Source of the DNA: Octopus sinensis
Lineage: Eukaryota
Direction: 5' to 3'
Length of the DNA: 64,000 nt
Assembly: GCF_006345805.1 (NCBI RefSeq)
Contig: NC_042998.1
Span: 54,560,001 to 54,624,000 of the forward strand
Part shown: positions 26,133 through 39,959 of the stretch, piece after piece
Layout: every line of letters begins with the position of its first letter
How positions within the stretch are numbered: position 1 is the stretch's first letter
Translations under genes and position numbers: made by a program
Notes under the pieces: generated by a model
The model's input: the letters and a program-made list of their open reading frames with translations, nothing else
What the model was told of the DNA's origin: nothing
Database searches by the model: none

Positions 26133-26535
26133 CAGGTGTGGCTGTGTGGTAAGAAGCTTGCTTACCAACCACATGGTTCCAGGTTCAATTCCACTGCATG
26201 GCACCTTGGATAAGTGTCTTCTACTATAACCTTGGGCTGACCACAGCATTGTGAGTGGATTTGGTAGATGGAAACTGAACGAAGCTCGTCGTATATATAA
26301 GTATATATTTATACACACACACACACACACATACATATATTTGTGTGTTTGTGTCTGTCTCCCAACACCATCGCTTGACAACTGACGTTAGTATGTTTAT
26401 GTCGCAGTAACTTAACGGTTCAACAAAAGAAACCAGTAGAATACATACTAGGCTTACAAAGAATAAGTCTTGGGGTCCTCTTAAAGTGGTGCTCCCACAT
26501 GGCCGCAGTCAAATGACTGAAACAAATAAAAGAAT
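26133..26535 (+). mobile_element. Family A SINE
   Basis: gtgtggctgtgtggtaagaagcttgc...ggttcaattccactgc head; tail ...gcagtcaaatgactgaaacaaataaaag. Confidence 0.75.
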
Positions 26536-27629
26536 AGGCTAAACTGAAAAGGATCTCTTTTATTTTTCTATCTTTTACTTGTTTCAGTCATTAGACTTGC
26601 AGTTATGCTGGGGCACAGACTTGACAGGTTTAATCAAATAAATCAAACCTCAGTATTTACTTTTAACATCTGGTATTTATTCTATTGGTCTAATATGCTG
26701 AACTGCTAAGTTTTTAAATGCTTTGTTCATCAATACAGTGCTCTGCTGTGTTAGCAGTGCTATTAAATCAATTGTGACTTTCTACAGTTAGCGCTATGAT
26801 AAAATGCACTTGATACACTTTAAGTAACTGGTAAATGAACAGAGAGACAACAAAGTACAGAGAGTAATTACTAGTCTTAGCCTTCTTAAAGACAACCTTT
26901 CTAGTGCTGGTGCCACAGCAAAATGCTTTCAGAATATTCAATAGAAAGATTGGTATTAGGAGGGACATTCCTCCATAGAAACCATGCTAAATATTGAGAG
27001 TATGAGTGAATGACACATAGTCCTTTGTCACATCTAGGAGAGTAGAAACTCCAAATAAGAACTGTCTCACATTCTAATTGCTCTTACAACCCATGCCAAC
27101 ATGGAAAGCAGATGTAAAAGGGTAATAATTAGTGTGATGATCTATAATTTTAGATATACATACATACATACATATACACACGCACATACACACACACGTG
27201 TGCATGCATGCATGTATGTATATATGTATGTACGTACATACATGTATTGTTTTGAGTGTGTGTGTGTGTATGTATGTAGACAGATTTACGAAACATTATA
27301 TAGCATGTAGAAACAGGCATAACAATAATGTTAATTCAGACACACACATCATATGCACGTAGTTTATTGAGAACTAAAGTCTTTATTATTATTATTATTA
27401 CGATTTACATCTCTAGAACTGGTTAACGCTTTCATGAACAAATAGAGAAAAAAATAGCAGTATTAAAGCGAATATTTTTTTTGGTTTTGTTTTTGTGGTT
27501 TTTTTTTTGTTTTTTGTTTTTTTACATTTTAAAACAATATTCCTCAACAGAAAGCTTAGAATATTATTTGTATTGTAATATTTAATTCATGAAATTATAA
27601 AGAAAAATAAAATTCAATATCATATATAC

Positions 27630-27703
<74 letters not shown>

Positions 27704-28554
27704 GTCTTGCCTAATCAAGTTAACTGGATGGTAATGAAAGCATTTCTTCAGAGTGGAAAAGAAACAGCAGGAATGCAAGTCAGAAATATAAAAAGCAAAA
27801 AAAAGTATCAAAAAGAAAAATTCTAGGTCACGTCTCAGTGAATCTGTTCGAATTATTACATTATATATTGACTGCATCTATTATGAAATGAACAATTCAA
27901 TCGGTTAGAATCAGCTGAGAAAATAACAATCATACATACTGATATATTGAGGATGAGTGATTTTGATACAGTTGATAAATCAATAACGAGAGAGATTAAG
28001 CTATAATGTTCAATAGGATATGGTTTGGCATGAACTTTTCAGCAAGCATTATGAAATTTGCAGGTAGGGGAATTACAATTAGAATTCAATTACAGCCTAA
28101 AAACATTTGATATAGCAGCAGATTTCTATGAAATCAAAAGCAGAAATGTCTTTCAGTTTCTTCTATTTACATGCTTTATTGTTCCTGATATCCATGCAAC
28201 AATTAAATTTGGCAGCCAAATTATTGTCTATATCTGTAACATATCTCCCGAATACAAATCCATAGTAAGCAATAATGGTTCGCTTATTTTTATGTATGTA
28301 ATAATCAAAGAGTTGTGTGCTCTAACAAAACAGAAAGTAGAATTTTTGTCTGAATATTCGCCTTTGTGTATATTTTCTAAACAAACTCAGCAATTTAATC
28401 AAGAAGACAATCCAGCTCCATAAAGAATAGGTGTAGTTTCAAACTTCCAAAATAAAACATCGAAATCTGACCAATAATACCTACACCTTTTGTAAGGAAA
28501 CAAGCAGGAATGTAAATTATAATATCTGTATTATCATTATTGTTGTTGTTGTTG

Positions 28555-28748
28555 TTAAGGTAGAATCATTAGCATACAGGACAAAATGCTTAGCAGTATT
28601 TCATCCATCTTTCAAATTCTGCCAAGGTCGACCCCACCTTTAAATCCTTTTGAGGTCAATGAAGTAAGTACTAGTTGAGCACTGAGGTCAATGTAATCAA
28701 CTAGTCTCTTCCTCAAACATTTTAGGCCTTGTACCTATAGCAGAAAGG

Positions 28749-28787
<39 letters not shown>

Positions 28788-29200
28788 GTTATTATTATTA
28801 TCCTGTCACTACATTATGTGTTCAAATTCCACTGAGATCGACTTTGCCTTTCATCCTTTCAGGGTCGATAAAATAAGTACCAGTTTAACACTGGGGTGAA
28901 TATAATCGACCCATCTCCTCCCCGCCAAATTGCTGCCCTTATGGAAAAATTTGAAACCATTATTACTATTATCATTATGATTATTATTATTATTATTAAT
29001 ATTAATTATTAAAGTGACAAGCTGACAGAATCTTTACGCATGCCAGATAAAATGCTTTAAATTCTGAGATCAAATTCTGCTGAGGTCAACTTTGTCTTTC
29101 ATCCTTTTGGGGTCAATAAAATAAGTATCAGCTGAGCACTGGGGTCAATGTAACAAACTTTCCATTCCCCACAAAATTCCTGACTTAGTGCCAAAATTAG
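28555..29200 (+). mobile_element. Three head-to-tail family B SINE copies separated by (ATT)n
   Basis: Units at ~28555-28745, ~28805-28960 and ~29020-29200 share ttcaaattc...gaggtcgactttgcctttcatcctt...gataaaataagtaccagtt. Confidence 0.7.
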
Positions 29201-29907
29201 AAAGCATTATCATTATTATTATTATTATTATTATCATTATCACCATTGTCATTATTATTATTAAGTATGAATTAAAAAAAAGTTTGTCTAAGAGCAAATT
29301 CTATTTCTTATAAACTAATGAAAGTTGTTTGAGTTTAACATGTAATCAATCATACAAGGAAATGCCATTATCATTGTCATGCAAAATATAAAATGTATCA
29401 CACTAGGAAATTCAACACAGCAAAACAATATTAAAGTTAATAAAAATGGCAGCTGTAAACTATTGATGAGACCATTCAAATAAATGTGAGCTGCTGAGTG
29501 ACTCGCATGCACACAGTAAGATTGGTGACACTCCATATTGTTTTATGTGAGACATCACAATATAAAGTATATTGAGAAGTGATGGTATATTGGGAATATT
29601 AGAATGAGATGATTAGGTGTGGCAGTTTGGATGATCGTGATTTGGCACAGATGATTGGACATTCAATCTGTTTTGGCAACAGTAAGTGTTGGTACTCAAG
29701 ACAAATACACACACACACACACACATACCATGCACGTGATGCAGGAACATAGACAGAGTGAAAGATGACATTACAGTTTGTTGATTAAACATGATTACTT
29801 CATATGCATAAACAGAAATATTCTCACATACAAGCACACACACACAAATATATACATATATTTACAAAGATAGCTATACGCAATATAAAACCAAAAACGA
29901 AAAATTT

Positions 29908-30182
29908 CAATTGTCACTAACTGTGACTGAGGGTGCCATGTAGCACCTATATTGCTAGAAATAAGAGTTAAAAACCATTACTGTTGCAAGAAAGCACTAC
30001 TGATTAACTTGTAATTTTCAAGCGAAACTAATCTAATAAAGTGATCTAGCTTTACTGTGGGACTGTTATCTCCAACTGTCAGTATATGAAAAATTTGCTT
30101 TCTTCCAGTTCTAAGAGTTTTTAACTCTCATTTCTAGCAATACAGGTGCTACGTGGCACCCACAGTTACAATTAATGACAAC

Positions 30183-30183
<1 letters not shown>
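29908..30183. mobile_element. MITE-like element with ~65-bp imperfect TIRs
   Basis: ttgtcactaactgtg...gctagaaataagagttaaaaac versus gtttttaactctcatttctagc...ttaatgacaa. Confidence 0.65.
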
Positions 30184-30228
<45 letters not shown>

Positions 30229-30394
30229 CATAATTGAGATTTAGTTGAATTAGGTACTTAAGTTGAAGCACCAAGTCAGTCCAGTATTATCTGCACAGCT
30301 CAAAGTAAGGTGAATAAAATCAAAATAAGCAACAGGATATCAAGTAGTGATGCAGTACAACTGCTTTAAGTGGCTCCATCTAATTGAACAATGC

Positions 30395-30569
30395 AATCAT
30401 TACATCAATTTAAGTGCAGTGCCATCTTCAGCTGCACAAATAAATAAATAGAATTTTAACCAGTAGGATACATTGAGGAAAATTATATTAATGTGTCCTA
30501 CTTGTTGAAATTCTATTTATTTATTTGTGCAGCTGAAGATGGCACAGCATTTAAATTGATGTAATAATT
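30395..30569. repeat. ~80-bp-arm inverted repeat (15-nt spacer)
   Basis: gccatcttcagctgcacaaataaataaatagaatt versus aattctatttatttatttgtgcagctgaagatggc. Confidence 0.8.
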
Positions 30570-30849
30570 ATCCATCTGGACTATTCCATTTCTGCACGCT
30601 AATTTTATTTTTAATTTATTCCCATTCATGTGAAACCACTTATTCAAGTTCAAATCATTGATGCAATTTTATACCAATTGCTATTTTTACTTTTGTATGT
30701 TACGATTATATTATACTTTAGTTTGATTTTAATTATTACTTACTACATATAATTCAATTGTTATTATTATTTTTATTGTTAAAGTGAAAGCATCTGACAT
30801 AAAATAGAGAAATATTTTTGCTTCACTTTTAACACGTAATACTGAAATA

Positions 30850-31020
30850 GTGGAGAAGATATGATATTGCTATGGGCTCGCTCTAGGCAAGAAGTTGAAC
30901 TTTTTTTTTTTTGCCCATGAAACTACATGGCATGTGTAAAATTTGAATGAAATTGGTTGTGTAGTTCTCAAGTTTTAGGGAAACACACAGACAGACAGAC
31001 ACACATTCTCAGTTTTATAT
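30850..31020 (+). mobile_element. HINE-like 3' end
   Basis: gtgtaaaatttgaatgaaattggttg...(acag)n...cagttttatatatataaagat terminus. Confidence 0.5.
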
Positions 31021-33619
31021 ATATAAAGATATACATATATAGAGACAGAGAGCGGGGGAGGAAATGAGAGAAACATTAAAACAAGGGAAACATTCAAATG
31101 TTTCAATGTCAAATAAGTCTGAATCAAATCCGCAATGCCAATTAGGCAGCACCAAAATGACTGTGCCGAAACATTTTATGCTCTTGTTGATGTGTTTACA
31201 ACTCATTGGCAGAATCGGGGGAAAATGGATAGAACATTAAAGATAATAATGATCTATATCCTGCATAAAATATTCAAGTTATGGAAATTATATCACATTT
31301 TTTTCCTTTCATAAACATGATTTTTGTACATTTGGTTGGTTTTTGTTCAAATATGAAAATATATAAATTCTTTCCCTCACTACCACCACTACCACAACAT
31401 ATTCTCCTAACAACCCTGCTGCCTCTATTTGTGTCCATTCACTATATTTTTTCTCCTCCTCCTCCTCCCACACTCCTTTCACAATCTTACAAAAATGCCC
31501 ACTCACCCTATCCACTCCCTAGCTCCACTCACATACCCCTACCTAGTAACTTTAGAGAACTCGACTGTCACATCTTCACCATTTTTGCTCGCCTCTCTTT
31601 TATCTCTCCTCCACTGCGGTAGCAGGGCCATCACTAAGCCTCTGCAACCCCTAAGGTCGCAGGGGACCCTCCATGGTTGAGGGGCCCTACGTCAAGATCA
31701 AAATACATAGATAAAACATCTGTTTACTTTGGTTAAGATGTTAATTAAGAATTTCAAGCCAGGCAAGGTAAAAAATACAAGGGTGTACTGTAAATGAATT
31801 TAAAAGAAAAGGAAAAAGTAAATGAAAAAATCTTGTCAACGAATTCCCTAGGGAGATAAAAGAAAAATGAAAGAAACCAAAAAAAATAAAATGAAAATAA
31901 GAACAACTTCAACAGAAAAGACAAGGAAAAGAAGTAATGGTGATGAAAGGTGGGGATGTATACTTATACATACAAACACACAGGCATATGTACATACATT
32001 CATAGATACATACATACACACACACACATATATACAACTGACTTTTTTCTGTTTCCGTCTCCCAAATCCATTCGCAAGGCTTTGGCTAGCTTGGACAGAC
32101 AAACAAACATATACATAGACCAACGTGTACCAAACACATATACATCTCTTAGTCTCTCTGTCTCTCCTTGTTTCTCTCTCTTTCTCTGTATATATATTTT
32201 TGGCATTATTATTTGACATAGTTGAAAAGCTGGTCACTTTGTACCCAGAACAGTGGCTTTTGACCTCCTAAGGCAATAAAAACTGGAGACAAAATTCTTT
32301 CTGTATCAAAAACAAGGCATGAGCGCATGCACACACACACAGAAGTTTATGTGTCAGTATGTGCATATGTTTATGTATCTATGTACATATACAGGGATAC
32401 AAATATTGTTCGCTCACTGTCACAAAGCATCTCAATTCTTCAGTTGTAACTAGTTTGTGATCAAGGTATTTTATTTTTCCCTTGAATTTGTGATTTCAGA
32501 GAAAGCTAAGAAATTCTTCGTATTTTGCATCTTTGGTATTTTGACTTTACAGTGTGAATTGTAGTATTGTCTATCCAATCGAAATATTGCAACAGCTAAC
32601 TGTTTAATATAGAATATTAAAATAACTTTTTTGGCCTGTTATCAAGTCTTTGAGGGCATTCACGGTAATTTCTCAAAAATATATCATTTGAAATAGTTTG
32701 CTTTTGTTCTGGAATGAAAATTTTTTGCATTTTAATGTTCTTTGATAAACTTCGCATACAAAAGCTGAGACAACTATACTTCACAGTTGTTATTTTGAAA
32801 AGCTTGTCTTCTGATATTTGTGAGTCCATTGAATAAATACTCAACCCTATTCAGTGTTGGCCTTCCTAAACATGAAAAAATATGATAGTTCCAGCCCTAA
32901 ATAAATTTAACTTGTACTTTTAAAGATGTTCTTTAGGATAACATGAAATATTGAATTTCAGATAGAATAAAGTTAAATATAGCTATGAATAAAAGGTGCG
33001 TAGATTATGAATTTTGATTGAAGAGATGGAGCCTCGAAACTAAAAGTTGCAAGGTGCCTCTAAAAGTCATATGACGGCCCTGTGCGGTAGCCATGTATCT
33101 CCTTCACTGCATGACACCTATTATACCTCCTCTATTAATACTCTAATCTCTCATCTCCAGGCACAAAACTCCTCCTTCAATACTTCTTCCCACTCAGTTA
33201 AGGGGTCTCGTCTTGGAAATCATTGTTGCGGGTACCACATAAAAAGCAACCAGTACACTGGAAAGTGGTTGGCATTAAGAAGGACCTGTTTCCAGCTGAA
33301 ACAATACTATGCCAATAGGACATCTAATTCCAACTTGGAAACCTTGCATTCTGATTTCAAATCCAACCAACATCATCTTTACATCTCCTACTTTTAGAGT
33401 CAAAATATAAAGTATTAGTCTAATGTAATGGATTGAGAGAAACATGAACCCATCGGACAGGATGTTTTCCAATATAAAGTACAGTCTTTTTTGCAGTATA
33501 GTAGCTTTTGTACCTCAAGAACCCTGAGAGCTATGATAGCAGACTGCAAATTCCTGGTAGGATCTTCATGCTAAGCAGGTCAAAGGGTAGAGGCCAGGAT
33601 AATATTGACTACATGTTTT

Positions 33620-33900
33620 ATCATCATCATCTAACGTCCGCTTTCCATGCTGGCATGGGTTAGATGGTTTGACTGGAACTGCTAAGCCAGAGAGCTGCAC
33701 CAGGTTCAAGTCTGATTTGGCATGGTTTCTACAGCAGGATGCACTTCCTAACACCAACCATTCTGTAAGTGTAATGGATGCTTCTTACATGTCACTAGCA
33801 CAGGTGCCATTTACATGACACTGGCAACTGCCATGACTATGATTCCACAGGTGCCATTTACATGACACCAGCAACTGCCATGACTACAATCTCTGGGGCC
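33620..33900 (-). mobile_element. Family C RTE-tail element
   Basis: atcatcatcatctaacgtccgctttccatgc...; tandem subrepeats caggtgccatttacatgacac. Confidence 0.65.
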
Positions 33901-34597
33901 AACACCCTTACATATAAAAATCAAAGTTGCAGAAGCATTTATGATGATTCCAAACTAACAACACTTGGGAAAGGAAGGCTTCTCCACAAGGAAACATATG
34001 ACATGGTACAGTAAAAGTTGATAGGAAACCACAAGGAAAGACAGGGATCCAACAGGCCCAGAGTCGAGAACAGAGGGAAAATGTTGTTGATGGCCTGTTC
34101 TCCATAGAGAGTAATGGGCTTAGCTAAGTATGTAAAAGAGTGATTTGTAGGATTGGGTCCAGTTCTCTGAATTCTGAATTCAAATTTTACAACGGTCTAC
34201 CAGGGTGGTAGATTAATCTGCCACTCAGTTTAATGTTACCACCTGACACCTTGGACACTCTTAGTGAAATCCATTCTCTTACATGACTCAGGACCAGGTT
34301 TTCAGTCTAACAATACCTTACTTCCTCCTTTCCACTAGTCTCTAAGTCCCTTCTCAACTGTCCATAAAAAAATTAACATGTAAGCCCCTCAGTTATGCTG
34401 CCAACTCAGATTCTACCCTGCACAACAAGTGATTTTCAGTTATACCCAACCATAAAATTTCCCATACACTTTCTGCTCTATAAAGTCTTACAACCTATAA
34501 ATTACACATTAAACTATAATACTCAAGCAATAGCTTGGTCACATAATTTTATATCTATTTCTCATGGAAATTCTAGATGTTCCACATGGCCAAAATA

Positions 34598-35163
34598 TTG
34601 GGTTGTCCGGAAAGTTTGTGCCGATTTATAGTAGCTTACCTTTCAACTTATTTTAGAACATGGTTGAGTCCATAAAATAGGATTTGACTACACCTCCATT
34701 TAGAGCACAGTTTAAGCTATATTTTCGTGGAAGAAGATTTATGTTCCTATAACCTGTGTTTATTCTGTAACCCTTTAAAATGGAAGATAAGAAAGTTCCT
34801 TTTTGGCACTTGATACATTGAGAACCAGACAAAAATTGCTGCAGCTCAGCTGGGATGTGTTACCCCACCCTCCATATTCACCAGATATTGCTCCTTCAGA
34901 TTTCCACTTATTCAGGTCTCTGCAGAATAGTCTTAATGGTAAAAATTTTAATTCCTTGTATGACGTAAAAGGATACCTTGATGAATTCTTTGCCATGAAA
35001 CCACCTCAATTCTAGGAAGAAGGTATTTTCAAGTTAAAGGAAAGATGGAGACGCATTGCGCAACAAAATGGTTCATATTTGGTTGATTGAAAATGTAATG
35101 GCAAGCATTTATTGACCTTTTTCTTTCCTTTAAAAATCGGCAAGAACTTTCAGGACAACCCAA
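34598..35163 (+). mobile_element. Internally deleted mariner element (566 bp) with TIRs and TA TSD
   Basis: TA|ttgggttgtccggaaagtttgtgccgattt ... aaatcggcaagaactttcaggacaacccaa|TA. Encodes WDVLPHPPYSPDIAPSDFHLFRSLQN (mariner YSPDLAP motif). Confidence 0.92.
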
Positions 35164-35802
35164 TACTTTAAGAGATAATTTATCTTTCAAGACCAAAGTG
35201 TTTATTTCACATCATTGTCTTGACTTCCAAGATTTATAGAGCTAAATACCCAGTTTCCACTGTATATAAGTGAAAGAGATCACAACTTTCCTCCTGAACA
35301 GGATACTAGTCCATTGCAGGATTACTCATTTACAGCTGAGTGGACTGGAGAATTTGGAAATGAAGTGTTTGACTCAAGAACAAAATGCACTACCTGATCT
35401 TGGAAGTGAAACCACAATCTTGCAGTCACGAGTGCAACATCTTAACCACTTGGCTGTGCACCTTCATAAAGCATTAACTGATGATCAATTTTTGTGAACT
35501 TTCATAAAGCAAAAATAGGCTCTACACGAGAATACAATACACTGTCCATGACAAATTGCTGGCAACAAAGGCAAACAAACTCACACCATTACAAGACTAT
35601 ATGAAGCCTTGTCTCCCTTCTGCCAAAATTTTATTTTTCATATAAACAGTTACTACACAGAAAAAGGATACACTTAAGGAATGGAAATGAAGGAAATAAT
35701 TTCAATATTTTAGTTATGGAAGTCTATATCTTTTAAAGTTTATTCCTCTCCACTCCAAAATTAAAAATAAAAAAAAAAAGAGTTTTGAAATGAGTCAAAT
35801 AC

Positions 35803-35997
35803 CTTTGCTTTTCCATTGAAAACAACAAGAATTGAATTTGATGGATTGCTAGCATTTTTGACAGTTACATTTTCAGGAAGAACAGGGATGATTTTGCCGG
35901 ATGTATCATAAAGCTGAATTTCAGTAAGCCCAATTCTTTTATTGTGACCCCAGTTTGACAAAAGTTCCAACCGAACTTTCCGATGAGGATGGAAAGC
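35803..35997 (-). CDS. KATNIP: KATNIP-like exon (195 nt, phase 0 to 0), start of DUF4457 repeat
   Basis: Acceptor ctttacattttctag|GCT and donor GCAAAG|gtattt. Translates AFHPHRKVRLELLSNWGHNKRIGLTEIQLYDTSGKIIPV..., resembling human MEILSNWGNSWWVGLTEVEFFD. Confidence 0.9.
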
Positions 35998-37805
35998 CTA
36001 GAAAATGTAAAGATATTGGAAATAAGATTCAACAAAAGCAAATGAAGAAAATGAAAATACAACATTATGAAAAAAAGAAATCACATAATGCATACAAAAC
36101 ATATTTCTATCTGAGAAGCAAATCTATTATTATCATCGTTTAGTTTTATATTGCATTGTGATGTTCTGTTGTCATAGTTTGGGAAAGAATGAGTCTGATG
36201 GACAGAATGATAAACAAAGATGTCAAACAAAAAGTATATGGCAATAGGGTTCTTGAAATATAAAAATTTGAAAAAAATTGGTCATGTGTTTCATATGCCA
36301 AAAATGTCATATTGTACTGCAGCAAAATATTAACAGAGAAGACATTCAAAATGTAAAAATAAAAATAAATAAATTGAAAATATGAAAATAAAATAAACAT
36401 ACAAAAAAAAAACAGGCTAAGTTTAATTTACATGTTGAACACACTGAATTCTGAGAATGCATGCTGGAAAACTAAGAAAACATCTTTGAATAAGAAGCAC
36501 CAACTGTTCCATTTGAACAATAAAGAGGTGATAGCAACAGTGAAAAAAAAAATGCAGTTTTAAGAAAACATGAAATGAGCAAGTTTGATCCCACCTACAA
36601 GAGTTATGATTAATAGAAAATAAATAGAAAGGAAATAATAGAACAGCTGAAGGCTGTCAACAAGACTTAAATGATTTTCTCCAAGAAGTGTTGGCAATAA
36701 TCATATTTCATAAGCATCACAATCAATTAAGTTCCAGAATTTGGATAGCTATTAAGACAATGAAGGTAATAAAAAGAATGTGACAAATGGTTTTAGGTAA
36801 CACCCTGAATTTTCTAGTAATATTTTAAACATTTTCCACTGTTTTCTATTAATTGTTTTTAATCAGGTTCAGCTTACACTAATAACGATTTCTTTCTTTC
36901 ACCTGAGTTCCAGTAGTGCACGTGTGTTTTCTTGCCAACCACATGGTTCCAGGTTGAGTCCCACTGTGTGTTACCTTGGGCAAATGTTTTTTATTATAGC
37001 CCCAGGCCAACCAAATCATTGGGAGTGGATTTGGTAGAAGGAAAAATGAAAGAAGCCCATCATATCACTTACACACATACTTTATCACTCCAAAGTTATA
37101 GACACCTACCAAATAAAATGTTAGCTAAGCTTACATACACTTAGTTTGCTTCAGACCACATCAGTGTATGGACCTTGAGTAAAGTTGCATAGACTGATGA
37201 GCAGTCAAAAGTAACTGGATAGAAATGCAATTGCAAGATGTATGTGCAGCAGAAACATGCATCAGACACATATAAATCAAACATGTTGTAAAATTGATTG
37301 TAGAGATAAAAAACATGCAGATGTACTAATCTCCATTTTCATTGTAATTGCCATATATTCTTTTATTCTTTTACTTGTTTCAGTCATTTGACTGCGGCCA
37401 TACTAGTGCACTACCTTGAAGGATTTTTGTTCAAACAAATCAACCCCAGGACATATTTTTTAAGCTTAATACTTATTCTATCGGTTTCTTTGTCGAACTC
37501 CTAATGACTGAAACCAGTGAAAGATGATCCATTCTTCCATGTTTACCTTTTATCCTTCACTTGTTTCAGTCACCAGATTGCAGCCAAGCTGGTTCATATT
37601 TTATCAATCTATTTTGCAGAATTGGTAAGTTACAGTGCTGTCAAGTAGTGGAAGGAAACAAACATAGACACAAAGACACACACACACACATACATGCAGA
37701 TATATCTTTTATCTTTTACTTGTTTCAGTTATTAGACACACACACACACATAGTTATACAGATGATACTTTTAATGGAGACAGCAAACATCCATACACAG
37801 GTTAA

Positions 37806-38025
37806 CCCTTTAGTGTTTAAACTGGCCATATCCGGCCAAAGTTTTCTACCTATTTTATGTTTAAACTGACCAGATCAGGCCTCTCACACCTAACCTACAT
37901 TGACATTCTAAAAATGAACAATCACGTCATTGAAACCTCAAAGCTATAAGATAATGCATGATTAATTAAAAACAATTTGAGTGAAAAAGTATTGCATTTA
38001 ACAGAGTAATCTGAACACTAAAGGG
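37806..38025 (+). mobile_element. piggyBac-type MITE (TTAA|CCC...GGG|TTAA)
   Basis: ttaa-ccctttagtg...cactaaaggg-ttaa; related copies at 47771-47978, 55037-55254 and 63418-63624. Confidence 0.7.
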
Positions 38026-38364
38026 TTAAACACTTCACTTCAAACTTGCACTGATCCTTGATTAATTAACGATCTCAAAAAATTTTCCGGTAGAGAAATG
38101 ACAAACTAGTATCAAAACAAAACACCTACAATGCCAAACAAGATGCCTCTATGCGTCTGACTGACCACCTAGGTACAGCATCTAAATCTCATCCTCGTAC
38201 CTTGAAAAAAAAAGATAAAAAAAAACAAAGAAAAAGTGTGCATTTCAGTCACTGAGAAAGAGAAAATGATCACAGGTAGCACTTTTAACTATGTATCTGC
38301 TCAATCAGAGGGTCCTTGAGTTAAACAAAAGCAACAACAACAGTAATAACACAAAATCTTCTAC

Positions 38365-38775
38365 ATAGGTATAGGACTGGCTGTGTGCTAAGTAGCTTGC
38401 TTACCAACCACATGGTTCTGGGTTCAGTCCCACTGCGTGGCACCTTGGGCAAGTGTCTTCTATCATAGCCTCTGGCCAACCAAACCCTTGTGAGTGGATT
38501 TAGTAGATGGAAACTGAAAGAAGCCTGCCGTATATATGTATATATATATACATATGTATGTGTGTTTGTGTGTGTGTGTGTGTGTGTATCTGTGTTTGTT
38601 CCCCCAACATCGCTTGACAATCGATGCTGGTGTGTTTACGTCCCCATAACTTAGCGGTTCAGCAAAAGAGACTGATAGAATAAGTACTGGGGTCGATTTG
38701 CTCAACTAAAGGTGGTGCTCCAGCATGGCCACAGTCAAATGACTGAAACAAGTAAAAGAGTAGAAGAGTAAAGAG
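38365..38775 (+). mobile_element. Family A SINE (near-complete copy)
   Basis: A box tggctgtgtg, B box ggttcagtccc, internal (TA)(TG)n and conserved tail. Confidence 0.8.
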
Positions 38776-39959
38776 TATACCAGGGAAATAATCATGCAAC
38801 ATTGCTCTCTCCCTCTGTCTGTCTCTCTCTCTTTCTCTCCTCATGAACAACACAGTTAAAATCCTCAGGTTTGTTAGAAATGATAGACTTTTGCAATTTG
38901 TTTCCAATCTTTCGTGGCTTCATTGGCATCATCATCAACATCATTTTATTGTCAATTTTTCCATGCTTGCAAAGGTTAGACTGAATTTGTTGAGGTATAT
39001 TTTTCTATGGCCAGATGCTCTTCCGGATGCTTGCCAACCATAACCCACTTCCGAGTAAGGTAAGATTTCTCCTCAACCAGACATGTTTTCATTGAAGACA
39101 GGAAACAAATTGATACTGCTTGTATGATGGTGACACTCGCTTACAACTCTCATGCAAAGTGAAGGCAGCGAGACAATAACACACACACACACAGACACCT
39201 ACACACACAAACATCTATTAAAATAACTACATCTCTAATCAGTTACTGCCTCATGCAAAGGCCAAATACAACTCACATTACAACACTGATCACACATCAG
39301 ACATGGTTCTGCTACTCATACAAACATTCACTATTACACCCAGTATCAACTGCTTTGATCTCACTATTCTAACAAGGCCTGCAAATGTCATGATCTTTCT
39401 TCCACTCAAGTAAAAAGAAATAAAACATCTGCCCTGTGCTTACTGGCTCATGAAGTAAATGCTAACATAAATTTTCAAAGCATTATGTGCTGAGAGTACA
39501 AGACACCGCACCTTTAAATGTGATGCAAGTCAGTCACACACATAACCCTTTAACATTAGTGACCAAATATCAGACCCAACTATCTGCTTGGTTTATGTTC
39601 AAACTTGCCAAACGCCAGAGCAGGCTTCTCACACTTACCCTACAATGTCATTCGAAAATTAAGCAATCGCATCATTGAAATCTCAAAGCAACAGGATAAT
39701 GTGTGATTAATTGATTCAAAACAATGTGAATAAATAAACATTAGATTTGACAGAGTAATCTAAATGATACAAGGATGACCCTAAGGCATTAGTACTTATT
39801 TCCAGCTGCATGTACTACAACATGAAATGAAGTGGCTGGCTCAAGGACACAATGTATTAATCACCCAGTCCAAGAATCGAACCTACAGCATATTATGATG
39901 TCCAATACCCAAACCACTAAGCAACACTTTTTTTACTCCTACTAAATACAGTTCTATAT

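Noticed and set aside
28058-28423. 121-aa plus-strand ORF in non-repetitive sequence
   Set aside because: TTG start, no recognisable motif, antisense to KATNIP; compatible with a chance ORF.
37185-37240. CTGATGA...GAAA hammerhead-like motif
   Set aside because: No stem I or stem III pairing and no NUH cleavage triplet in register.
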